A DNA stretch of 64,000 nucleotides from an uncultured bacterium. Lineage in GTDB: Bacteria > Planctomycetota > UBA1135 > GCA-002686595. Location: positions 1-64,000 of the forward strand of contig CALSNU010000002.1 of NCBI GenBank assembly GCA_943787795.1, read 5' to 3'. The notes under the pieces were generated by a model that saw nothing but the letters and a program-made list of their open reading frames with translations, ran no database searches and had not been told where the DNA came from. Both the position numbers and the translations under genes were made by a program. Below are positions 38,853-47,803 of the stretch, in pieces; within the stretch, counting starts at the first letter, position 1, and every line of letters begins with the position of its first letter.

Positions 38853-39763
38853 GAGGTCATCCGGTGAGGGACCGCGTCGAGGCGGCCGGAGAGTCCGAAG
38901 GCGTCGAGCAGCGGACCGAGGATACCCGGGTCCGCGCCACGGTACGCCAGGTCATCCAGGCTCGCGTCCAGCGGCGCATCCACGGCGCAGGTCGCGAGGT
39001 CTCGGGACAGGAACGCGGCATCCTTGTGCTCCGCGAGCTTCTTGCCCAGGGTCTTGGCGCCACGAATGGAGAGCGTGGCCACGCGCTCGAGGTCCCCGTA
39101 GAGCTCCTCAAGGTCCGCGAACTCCTCGAGCAGCGCCACGGCGGTCTTGGGCCCCACGCCTCGCACCCCCGGGATGTTGTCGACGCTGTCTCCGGCGAGC
39201 CCCAGCAGGTCTCGGATCTGCTCCGGCCGGACGCCGAAGCGCTCGACCACCTCGGCGGGGCCGAGGCGCGTGCCGCGAGCGAAGTCCAGGAACCAGCTGC
39301 GCTCATCCACGAGCTGCGCGAGGTCCTTGTCTGCGGTGACGACGACGGTCTCCTCCACGTCCACCGCAAAGCGTGCCTTGGCCGTCGCGACCAGGTCATC
39401 GGCTTCATATCGATCGTCGATGCAGCAGAAGGCCCCCAGGGCCGCCGCCACCTCCTGGCACCGATCCAACTGCGCGACCAGGCCCTCGTCCGGGAGCTCG
39501 CGGTTCGCCTTGTACTCCGGGTAGACGTCGTTCCGAAAGCTGGTCGTCAGGCTGCCGTCGAAAGCCACGAGCAGCGCTTCGGGGCGCTCCTCGCGAATGA
39601 AGCGCGCCAGCATGTCGACAAAGCCGCGCACCGCGTTGATGGGCCGGCCCTCTGGATCCGTCAGCGACGACGGGAGCGAGAAGAAGGCTCTGAAGATGTA
39701 CGGGCTGGCGTCGACCAGGTGCAGGCGCCGCGGCGCTGCGCCTGAGTAGGCTTGATTCGGCAT
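38849..39763 (-). CDS. Stand-alone 5'-3' exonuclease / flap endonuclease
   Basis: 'VDASPYIFRAF', 'FRNDVYPEYKANR', 'YEADD', 'DKD', 'GDSVDNIPGVRGVGPKTA'; no polymerase domain. Confidence 0.92.
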   Translation of the reverse strand: MPNQAYSGAAPRRLHLVDASPYIFRAFFSLPSSLTDPEGRPINAVRGFVDMLARFIREERPEALLVAFDGSLTTSFRNDVYPEYKANRELPDEGLVAQLDRCQEVAAALGAFCCIDDRYEADDLVATAKARFAVDVEETVVVTADKDLAQLVDERSWFLDFARGTRLGPAEVVERFGVRPEQIRDLLGLAGDSVDNIPGVRGVGPKTAVALLEEFADLEELYGDLERVATLSIRGAKTLGKKLAEHKDAAFLSRDLATCAVDAPLDASLDDLAYRGADPGILGPLLDAFGLSGRLDAVPHRMTS

Positions 39764-39844
39764 GACCCCTCGAGGGTAACAGTGCCGCTGGAGTTGCCCC
39801 ATGCGAGGCACATCGCGGGCCCCACCGCGGGCCCTGCTGGCGGC

Positions 39845-40207
39845 TCAGGCGCGCCGCGCCCGGGCCTCGGCCAGGTACCCGGAGAGCCGCTCCGCCGCTC
39901 CCGGGAGGTTCGGATCCAGGGCGATGGCCTCCTCGAGGTGCCGGATCGCCTCGACCGTGCGCCCTTGAGCCTCCAGCACCACCGCCAGGTGGTGATGCGC
40001 CTGGGGGAGCCGCGGCGCCAGCTCGAGGGTCGCCCTCAGCCGCGCCTCGGCCTGCGCGTAGTCCCCCCGAAGGTGAAGCTCCACCGCGCGGCGCAGGGGC
40101 CTCAGGAGGTCCCTTGCGGAGGGAGCCGAGGCGGAATCCAGTCGCGCCGCCCCGGAGGGGGCAGCGCGGGCAGACTGGTTGGCGTGTTGGTGGGGTCGCG
40201 GGCTCAT
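39845..40207 (-). CDS. Small TPR protein
   Basis: Two TPR-like units ('GDYAQAEARLRATLELAP', 'GRTVEAIRHLEEAIALDP'). Confidence 0.6.
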   Translation of the reverse strand: MSPRPHQHANQSARAAPSGAARLDSASAPSARDLLRPLRRAVELHLRGDYAQAEARLRATLELAPRLPQAHHHLAVVLEAQGRTVEAIRHLEEAIALDPNLPGAAERLSGYLAEARARRA

Positions 40208-40441
40208 GGCGATGGGTCTGGCCGCGTTACCGCGCGAGATATCTCGCGGGACACTCGTACCGTCGACCAGATCACCCGGGAGCTTGAGGGTCTTGTGGAG
40301 AGCGTCGCCTGGCGCATCGGGGATGCCCCTGGCGAGCGGGCGATCGTCCGCCGATGGGCGGCAACAGGATTGCAAAAACCCTCTATCCTTGGCGTCTCCA
40401 GCGGCCTCCTCCGGCCCGGTCTCCTCCTCCAAGTGCATTCG

Positions 40442-41515
40442 ATGACGCTGCTTAGACTTCTCCTTGCCGCAGGCGCGGCCACGACGGTTGCGGCCTTCGC
40501 CCAGCCCAACAGCGGTGACGCCTTCGCCGCGGACCCGCGCGCTGATCTCGCCCGCGAGGCCGCCTTGAACCTCGACTCCAAGGCGCTCTACATGGAGCAC
40601 TGCGCGAGCTGCCACGGCGAGTCCGGCGACGGCAAGGGCAACGAAGAGCTCGAGCGGCCCGCCCGGAGCTTCCTCCTCGGCGGCTACTCCTACGGCAACA
40701 CCCAAAAGGCCGTCCGGCGCTCGGTGATCCACGGGATCCCCGGCACGCCCATGCCCGCCTTCGGCGCCACCCTCGGGACCGATGAGATCAACGCGGTCGC
40801 GGACTATGTGATCAGCCTCGGTCCGCCGGGCACCATTGTTCAGCCCGGCGAGAGCGTCCTGGTCGTCGAGGATCGCCCCCTCGTGGTGAAGGGCATGATG
40901 CCCGCCTATGAGCAGGGCGCCTTCCGCGAGCCCCGGAGCCTCATCGTCGGGTTCCCCAACGGCACCACGTTCCAGTTCCGCGCCGAGGACAGCCGCCTAC
41001 TCACCGTGCGCCAGGGCGAGTTCCTCGATCGGCGTGATTGGGGCGGCCGCGGGGGCTCGGAACTGCAGCCCCTGGGCACCCTCACCTGGAAGGCCAGCCG
41101 CGAGTCCCGCGACTTCACGGAGTTCATGGACGCCGACTCCGGCCAGGGCCTCCGCCGCAAGGTGAAGCGCACCGAGATCAAGGGGGACGACGTGTGGATT
41201 CACTTCGACCTCCTCGACCAGGACGGCACCCGCGTCGGCGGGGGCCAGGAGTTCCTCTCCTTCCTGATGGTGGACGATGTCCCCGTTCCCATGCGCGCGA
41301 TCCTTGGCAGCGGAGAGGGACGCGGCATCGCGCTCCGCGAAGTCGCCGGAGAGAAGGCGGGCGCCAACGGCGCCATCAACGCGACCATCACCCCCGACGG
41401 CATGGTGGCGTGCGTCCTCGACGACGCACCCAACATGCGCATTTACCTGCACGCCCCCGCCTGGACCCCCTCGCTTAGCCTCGCCTTCAGCGCCTCGCTC
41501 GAGAAGAAGGACTGA
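40442..41515 (+). CDS. Secreted cytochrome c domain protein
   Basis: Signal peptide; CASCH; 'GIPGTPMPAF' axial Met region. Confidence 0.8.
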   Translation: MTLLRLLLAAGAATTVAAFAQPNSGDAFAADPRADLAREAALNLDSKALYMEHCASCHGESGDGKGNEELERPARSFLLGGYSYGNTQKAVRRSVIHGIPGTPMPAFGATLGTDEINAVADYVISLGPPGTIVQPGESVLVVEDRPLVVKGMMPAYEQGAFREPRSLIVGFPNGTTFQFRAEDSRLLTVRQGEFLDRRDWGGRGGSELQPLGTLTWKASRESRDFTEFMDADSGQGLRRKVKRTEIKGDDVWIHFDLLDQDGTRVGGGQEFLSFLMVDDVPVPMRAILGSGEGRGIALREVAGEKAGANGAINATITPDGMVACVLDDAPNMRIYLHAPAWTPSLSLAFSASLEKKD

Positions 41516-41519
41516 CCCG

Positions 41520-44132
41520 ATGATCACACTCGCCATCTGCAGCGCCCTCGTCGCCCAGGGCCCCACCTTCGCCGCCAGCGAGGCCGACGCCTACACCCTC
41601 GAGTACCTCAAGACCCCGGACGGCTGCGCCCTCGAGGTCGGAGGCATGGACTTTCTCTCCGACGGCCGGCTCGTCGTCAGCACCCGCCGCGGCCAGGTCT
41701 GGATCGTCGAGGAACCCCTCGGCGCCGACTTCGAGTCCGCGAAGCTGACCCTCTTCCACGAGGGCCTCTGGGAGGGCCTCGGCCTGAACGTCAAGGACGA
41801 CGAGATCCATGTCATCCAGCGCGGCGAGATCTCGAAGCTCCTGGACACGGACGGCGACGGCCGCTGCGACGTGATCGAGACCGTCGCCAGCGACTGGGGC
41901 GTGTCGGGCCACTACCACGAGTTCGCCTTCGGCCTCCCGCGGGACAGCGAGGGCCACTGGTGGATGGGGCTGAACGTCAGCTTCGGCGACCCCGAGTGGT
42001 GGCACGGCCGCTCGACGGCCCCCTACCGCGGGTGGGTCCTGCGGGTCTCGCCTGACGGCACGGTCACCCCCTGGGCCAGCGGCGTCCGCAGCCCCAACGG
42101 CGTGGCGGTGGACAGCCAGGACCGGGTCTTCGTCACCGACAACCAGGGCGACTGGGTGGCCTCGAGCCCGATCTATCACATCCAGGAGGGCGGCTTCTAC
42201 GGGCACCCCAAGAGCCTCAACTGGACCGACGACTACCGCGCCACCGGCAAGCTCGCCCACGACGAGATCCCGCCCGCGCGGGCCGCCACCGGGCGCACGA
42301 CCCCCGCGATCTGGATCCCCTACCAGTGGTCGCGCTCCACCGGCAACCTGCTGGAGGATCGCTCCGGCGGCGCCTTCGGCCTCGAGGACGGGCAGTTCAT
42401 CGTCGCCGAGCTCACCAACGGGATGATCCTCCAGGCCGGCTTCGAGGAGGTGCAGGGCCAGCTCCAGGGCTGGGTGGCGCCCCTGCGCCAGGAGATCGGC
42501 TCGGTGAACCGGGTCCTCCAGGCCCCCGACGGCACGGTCTTCTGCGGCCTCACCAACCGTGGCTGGGGCGGCCGCGCGCCGGCGGACGGGCTGGTGCGCG
42601 TGCGCCGCACCGCCGCCGAGGCCATGGACCTCGCGGGCATGACCCTGCTCGACTTCGACGAGGAGACCGAGAGCTTCGGCTTCGAGATTGCCTTCAACCA
42701 CCCGGTCCACGACGACTGGGAGCCGACGGCGGACCGCGTGAAGATGATCTCCTACGACTACGACTACTGGTGGGAGTACGGCTCGCCCGAGCGGCACGTC
42801 ACCGAGCTGGAGCTCTCCGACGTCCGGCTCTCCGAGGACCGCACCCGGCTCATCGTCAGGTCCTACGACATCTTCCCCGCCACCTGCGTGCGGATCACCA
42901 TGGACGGGATCCAGGCGGCGAGCGGCGCGCCGCTCCTCCACCCCGAGGTCTCCTACACGGTCAACCAGCTCCCCAGCGGCGCCCTGACCAACGCCTATGT
43001 CTCCAAGGTCGTGCCGCCGCCGCCGAGCCGGGGCGAGGCGGACGCGGGCGTCCTGCGCCTCTCCTGGGGCGACGCGCTCGGACAGTTCGAGGCCGAGGGG
43101 TGGGAGCTCGTGGACGCCACGCTCGACCCAGAGGACAAGCGGCAGTTCAAGACCGGCGTCGGCAACGGCGCGCTCGTCAACGCCGGCCCCGGCGCCACGG
43201 ACCTGGTGACCCGCGGCTCCTTCGGCGACGCCCACGTCCACGTGGAGTTCATGCTCCCCGAGGACTCCGCCTCCGGCGTGGAGCTCGGCAGCCTCGGCAG
43301 CCTCAATCTCTTCCCTGACGCCGAGGTGTGCGGTGGCTTCGTGGGGAACGGCGTCACCGCCGGTCCGAGCGAGAGGGCCTTTGGCGACGCGGGCGAGTGG
43401 TGCCCCCTCGACATCTACTACCGCGCCGCCACGGACAATAGCCCGGGCTTCCTGGATCGGGTGGAGCTCAACGGCGTCACGGTCATCGAGGGCCTCGAGG
43501 TCCCGAACGCCGGCAAGGGGCGCGCCCCCATCCGCTTCATCGGCTCCAGGGGCGCCGTCGCCTTCCGAAACATCCAGGTCAAGCCCCTGGACCGCCCCGC
43601 GGACGCGGGCGAGTGGGCCTTCCTGGACGCAGGCGCCACCTGGGATGACTGGGAGCTGGTGGGCGACTGCAACTTCGAGCTCGAGAACGAGGAGCTGATC
43701 GGCAAGGGGGCGCTCGGCTGGCTCTGGGCACCGGTGGACGACCTCGGTGATGCGACCGTGCGAGCCCGGGTCAAGGTCAACGCCAACGGCGCCGGCGCGG
43801 TGATCCTCCGCGCGGCCGACGGTGACGAGGGCTTCGAAGGCTACGAGGTCCGGGTCAACGCCTCGTTCCCCGATGACACCATGACCGGCTCGATCCGCGC
43901 CGGGGAGACCACCGCCAACGTGGGCACCCTGCTCATCGCTGCCGACACCTGGGCCGATCTCGAGATCGACGTGCGCGACGGGGAGCAGGGCACCACCGTC
44001 ACCGTGCGCCTCAATGGCGTCCTGGTGAATCAGATGGTGCACCCGGACGGCTTCGAACCCGGCGGCCTCGCCCTCCGCTGCGACCACGACGGCACCGTCT
44101 TCAAGATCCAGAACATCAGAGTCCGCCGATGA
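41520..44132 (+). CDS. Glucose/sorbosone dehydrogenase-like beta-propeller with C-terminal DUF1080-like domains
   Basis: 'DTDGDGRCD', 'YHEFAFG', 'GVRSPNG', 'TDNQGDW'; C-terminal 'FRNIQVKPL', 'FKIQNIRVR'. Confidence 0.7.
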   Translation: MITLAICSALVAQGPTFAASEADAYTLEYLKTPDGCALEVGGMDFLSDGRLVVSTRRGQVWIVEEPLGADFESAKLTLFHEGLWEGLGLNVKDDEIHVIQRGEISKLLDTDGDGRCDVIETVASDWGVSGHYHEFAFGLPRDSEGHWWMGLNVSFGDPEWWHGRSTAPYRGWVLRVSPDGTVTPWASGVRSPNGVAVDSQDRVFVTDNQGDWVASSPIYHIQEGGFYGHPKSLNWTDDYRATGKLAHDEIPPARAATGRTTPAIWIPYQWSRSTGNLLEDRSGGAFGLEDGQFIVAELTNGMILQAGFEEVQGQLQGWVAPLRQEIGSVNRVLQAPDGTVFCGLTNRGWGGRAPADGLVRVRRTAAEAMDLAGMTLLDFDEETESFGFEIAFNHPVHDDWEPTADRVKMISYDYDYWWEYGSPERHVTELELSDVRLSEDRTRLIVRSYDIFPATCVRITMDGIQAASGAPLLHPEVSYTVNQLPSGALTNAYVSKVVPPPPSRGEADAGVLRLSWGDALGQFEAEGWELVDATLDPEDKRQFKTGVGNGALVNAGPGATDLVTRGSFGDAHVHVEFMLPEDSASGVELGSLGSLNLFPDAEVCGGFVGNGVTAGPSERAFGDAGEWCPLDIYYRAATDNSPGFLDRVELNGVTVIEGLEVPNAGKGRAPIRFIGSRGAVAFRNIQVKPLDRPADAGEWAFLDAGATWDDWELVGDCNFELENEELIGKGALGWLWAPVDDLGDATVRARVKVNANGAGAVILRAADGDEGFEGYEVRVNASFPDDTMTGSIRAGETTANVGTLLIAADTWADLEIDVRDGEQGTTVTVRLNGVLVNQMVHPDGFEPGGLALRCDHDGTVFKIQNIRVRR

Positions 44133-45976
44133 GCCAACGCACACGCCTCGCCCTCGCCTTCACCGCGACCCTCGCCCTCGGGGCGGCTTTGCCGCCCGTC
44201 TTCCGGGGATCCGTGCTGCGGATGCAGCGCTCGGGTGAGATGGAGGGGACGCTCTCTGGGCCCCTGCGTCGCGCGAGCGCTGACTTCGCCCTTGCCCCGG
44301 CGGCGGTGGGCGGCGGGTTGATCTTCAACGGAGCAGACGACGCCTTCATTTCACTCGGGGGCCAGCAGGGCCAGCTGCCCCGGGAGGAGCTCCACGTGGG
44401 CGCGCTCGTCTCCGTCGAGACTCCGCGCCGCTGGGGCGGGATCGTCGGCGCCGTCGAGGACAACGCCGAGGCCGAGACGGGCTGGGTCCTCGGGTACGAC
44501 GACTTGGCCTTCACCCTGATGATCTCCACGGAGGCCACGGACGACGGCGACGGCAAGCTGATCACCCTCCGCGCGGACCAGCCGTACGAGTTCGGTCGCC
44601 TCCATCTCGTCACCGCCTCCTACGACGGGGAGCGCGCCGAGCTCACCATGGACGGCGTGGTCGTCGCGAGCTCCGACGCGCCGGGTGGCCCCATCCTCTA
44701 CAGCGGAGAGGAGCGCCTCACGGTCGGCGCCTATCGGGACGTGAACGAGATGTTCCCCCACGATGGACGCATCGCGGCGCTGGAGATCTTCGACACGCCG
44801 TTCGGCGGCAAGCTCGCCTTCCGGAAGCGCTTCGGAGCGGCCAACCCGACCCCGTGGACCGACGCGACCTTCGACTGGCGGGTCCAGCCCTACCTCACCT
44901 GGCCCTCCACGGACGCGGTGAGCATCCTCGGCGAGTCCACCTGGCCTTCGGAGGCCGTGGTCCTCTTCCGCCCCGAATCCCAGGCCGGCTGGACCGAGGT
45001 GACCTCGGGGACCCCGGGTTCGCGCCTCCACGAGGTCCGCCTCGAGGGCCTCGAGGCCGACACGAAGTACTTCTATCAGATGAACCTCATCGGCGCCGCC
45101 AAGGGCGACGCCGTGCCCGTCCTCGAGGGGCCCTTGCGCTCCTTCCGCACGGCCCCCGACAGCGACGAGAGCGCGTTCACCTTCACGGTCATCGGGGACA
45201 CCCAGACCAACGGCGCCGTGGCCAAGCGCGTGAGCGACCTCGCCTTCGAGCAGCGCCCGAACTTCGTCGTCCACTGCGGCGACCTGGTGGACACCGGCGG
45301 CAACAAGACGGATTGGACCGAGACGTTCTTCCCGAGCATGCGGCCGCTGATCGAGCACGCGCCGCTGGTGCCCGTCCTCGGCAACCACGAGCAGGACGCG
45401 CGGCTCTACTACGACTACATGTCGCTCCCGGCGCCGGAGCGGTGGTACTCCCTGCGCTACGGCGCCGCAGAGTTCTTCATGATCGACGGCAACCGGTCGC
45501 TCGGCCAGCAGTCGGAGCAGCTCGCATGGCTCGAGGGCGCCCTCGCCGCTTCGAAGGCGAAGTGGCGCTTCGCCGTGCTGCATCAGCCGCCTTACACCAG
45601 CGACTCCAACGACTACGGCGACACGACCAAGACCTCGTCCACGCGCGGCGACATGAACGTGCGCAACATCGTCCGCCTGCTCGAGGAGCACGGCGTCGAC
45701 ATCTGCTTCTCCGGCCACGTCCACGACTACGAGCGCACCTTCCCCATCAAGGACGGCGCGGTTCGCCCCCACCAGGATGGCGGTGTGCTCTACATCACCG
45801 CCGCGGGTGGCGGTGGTTCGCTCGAGGACTTCGACGGGACGAACACCTGGTTTGGCAACCGCAAGGCGCGGCGCCACCACCACCTCCACGTGGCGATCCT
45901 GGGAGATGACCTCGAGCTGCAGGCGATGGACGAGGACGGCCGCGTCTTCGACACGCTGCGCCTGAGGGCGCGGTAG
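44129..45976 (+). CDS. LamG + FN3 + purple-acid-phosphatase-type metallophosphoesterase
   Basis: 'GDTQ', 'HCGDLV', 'LGNHE', 'LHQPPY', 'SGHVHDYER'. Confidence 0.85.
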   Translation: MSQRTRLALAFTATLALGAALPPVFRGSVLRMQRSGEMEGTLSGPLRRASADFALAPAAVGGGLIFNGADDAFISLGGQQGQLPREELHVGALVSVETPRRWGGIVGAVEDNAEAETGWVLGYDDLAFTLMISTEATDDGDGKLITLRADQPYEFGRLHLVTASYDGERAELTMDGVVVASSDAPGGPILYSGEERLTVGAYRDVNEMFPHDGRIAALEIFDTPFGGKLAFRKRFGAANPTPWTDATFDWRVQPYLTWPSTDAVSILGESTWPSEAVVLFRPESQAGWTEVTSGTPGSRLHEVRLEGLEADTKYFYQMNLIGAAKGDAVPVLEGPLRSFRTAPDSDESAFTFTVIGDTQTNGAVAKRVSDLAFEQRPNFVVHCGDLVDTGGNKTDWTETFFPSMRPLIEHAPLVPVLGNHEQDARLYYDYMSLPAPERWYSLRYGAAEFFMIDGNRSLGQQSEQLAWLEGALAASKAKWRFAVLHQPPYTSDSNDYGDTTKTSSTRGDMNVRNIVRLLEEHGVDICFSGHVHDYERTFPIKDGAVRPHQDGGVLYITAAGGGGSLEDFDGTNTWFGNRKARRHHHLHVAILGDDLELQAMDEDGRVFDTLRLRAR

Positions 45977-45985
45977 ACCAGGGTT

Positions 45986-46852
45986 CTAGAACCCGATCGC
46001 GGAGGCGCCGGCCGTGGAGGCCAGGGCCACGATGTCGTCGAGCTCACGCTGATCGATCTCCAACGCGAGGGTGGATGGCCACCCGAGCGGGATCGAGAGG
46101 TTGTCGAAGCCCTGGGCAGCGAGCAAACGCCCCAGGTAGGTGGAGAAGACGGCGACCTGCACCTCGCGATTGGGCGGGAGATCATTGCGGCCGCCCGCGA
46201 GGCTCTCGGCCGCGGCCTCGATCGCCGGCGGCAGCGACCAGTTGCGCGCGAGCATCAGGCAGAGGGCGGGCCCGGCGCGGCTGACCAGCTCCCTGCGCAT
46301 GCGCGAGCTGAGCTTGCTTCCTCGTCGTTTCTCGACTCGCTGCACCAACTGATGCCCGAGCGGAGCCCCGGCGCAGAGGATGAGCCCGGCGAGCATCGAG
46401 GCCCGATTCGCGCCCAGCTTGGCCGACGACACCCGGTGTGAGATGGCCCCGGCGATCCGCGCGCTCTTCCAGGTCTGCTCTCCGCCGAGCACGCTCTCCA
46501 GGACGGGCCCGAAGACGTGCGATCGAGCGACCTTGATCACCGCGAGCTCCCAGAGACCACGCATCCCGATGCGCTGCGCCGCGACGCTAGGCGATTCGAC
46601 GGGATCGCTGGCGGCGTAGAGCGCTGAGTTGGCAAGGTCTATGACCTGGCCCTTGAGGACCTCGTCTCCCTCGAGGATGTCGCCGACAGCCACGGCGTTG
46701 TACTCGCCGCTGACGACCAGGGCCGCGAGCTCCACGGCAGCTCGGCTCAGCCGCGGCAACTCGTCCTCTGCGACCTCCAGCTCCGCCAGGACGGCGCTGC
46801 GCCACTCTTCGCCCAACGAGTCGGGGACGCCTTCTTCCAAACACAGCCGCAC
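45986..46852 (-). CDS. HDOD domain protein (degenerate); start uncertain
   Basis: 'LPRLS', 'VIDLANSALY', 'AAQRIG', 'LARNWSLP'. Confidence 0.65.
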   Translation of the reverse strand: MRLCLEEGVPDSLGEEWRSAVLAELEVAEDELPRLSRAAVELAALVVSGEYNAVAVGDILEGDEVLKGQVIDLANSALYAASDPVESPSVAAQRIGMRGLWELAVIKVARSHVFGPVLESVLGGEQTWKSARIAGAISHRVSSAKLGANRASMLAGLILCAGAPLGHQLVQRVEKRRGSKLSSRMRRELVSRAGPALCLMLARNWSLPPAIEAAAESLAGGRNDLPPNREVQVAVFSTYLGRLLAAQGFDNLSIPLGWPSTLALEIDQRELDDIVALASTAGASAIGF

Positions 46853-46925
46853 ACTCTGATATCGAATGCTGGAACGCCGGAGCCGAAGGAAAATCACCGT
46901 GACGCACAGTGGAAATCCCGAACGG

Positions 46926-47780
46926 GTGCACCTGACAGGGTGGAGATGCCTCATCGGCCTCCTGGCGCTCGCGTCCTCCTGTGGAACAACGCCCCTCCCG
47001 GTCGAGCCTCAGGACGCCTTGGACGCCGGCGGCGCGGTCCTCGCCGTCGGCGGTGGAGGCACGCCGATGTCCGTCGTGCAGCGGGGGCTCCAGGAGGCCC
47101 AGGGCCACGAGGGAGGGGGGCCTCGCGTCGCTGTGATCCCCTTCGCGTCCGCGAGGGAGGACCGTGGGCTGGGTTCTGTGGAGATGTGGAGAGAGGCGGG
47201 CGCGCCGTCCGTGATCCTCGTTCCAGAAGACGAAAGCGCCCGGGCGATCGTCGAGAGCGCCGACCTCATCTGGCTGGGGGGCGGCAGCCAGCGCCGCTTG
47301 ATGGAGTCTCTGGACCGCCTCGACCTCACGGAACTCATCCGTGACCGGCACCGCGCCGGTGCGGTCGTGGGCGGCACCAGCGCCGGCGCAGCGGTCCTGG
47401 GAGGCGTCATGATCTCGGGCGACCCCGAGCCAGACTCCTACACGGGCGGGGCCATGGCCCCGATCCCGTCGCTGGGGCTGATCCCAGGCGTGATCATCGA
47501 CCAGCACTTCCGTGAGCGGAGGCGCGAGGGGCGGCTCATCAGCGCCCTGCTGGATCGGCCCCGCGGGTGGGTCGGCGTGGGGATCTCAGAGGGCACCGCT
47601 GCGGTCTTCGAGGCCGACTCATTCGAGGTGCTGGGCAAGGGCGTGGTCCTCGTCCTGGAGACCTCCACCGCGACGCTTGGGGACGCCGGGCCCGGCGAGC
47701 TGCAGCGGGCGAGCGGGGTCACGCTGTCCGTTCACACGCCCGGCGAACGCCGCGAGGTCCGCGGGGCGAGCGGCCCCTGA
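46926..47780 (+). CDS. Cyanophycinase / peptidase S51, predicted lipoprotein
   Basis: 'GGG', 'WLGGGSQ', nucleophile 'GGTSAGA', 'DQHF.ERRR.GRL', 'GISE.TA'; lipobox-like 'LASSC'. Confidence 0.8.
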   Translation: MHLTGWRCLIGLLALASSCGTTPLPVEPQDALDAGGAVLAVGGGGTPMSVVQRGLQEAQGHEGGGPRVAVIPFASAREDRGLGSVEMWREAGAPSVILVPEDESARAIVESADLIWLGGGSQRRLMESLDRLDLTELIRDRHRAGAVVGGTSAGAAVLGGVMISGDPEPDSYTGGAMAPIPSLGLIPGVIIDQHFRERRREGRLISALLDRPRGWVGVGISEGTAAVFEADSFEVLGKGVVLVLETSTATLGDAGPGELQRASGVTLSVHTPGERREVRGASGP

Positions 47781-47803
47781 GGGGAGGTCGTATCCTGCAG
47801 GGC

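Noticed and set aside
41487..44144. Very long antisense or overlapping ORFs (e.g. 41487-44144, 2554-4503, 61763-63472, 5' part of 51005-54217)
   Set aside because: Shadow ORFs expected from high GC3 codon bias opposite genuine genes; no recognisable motifs
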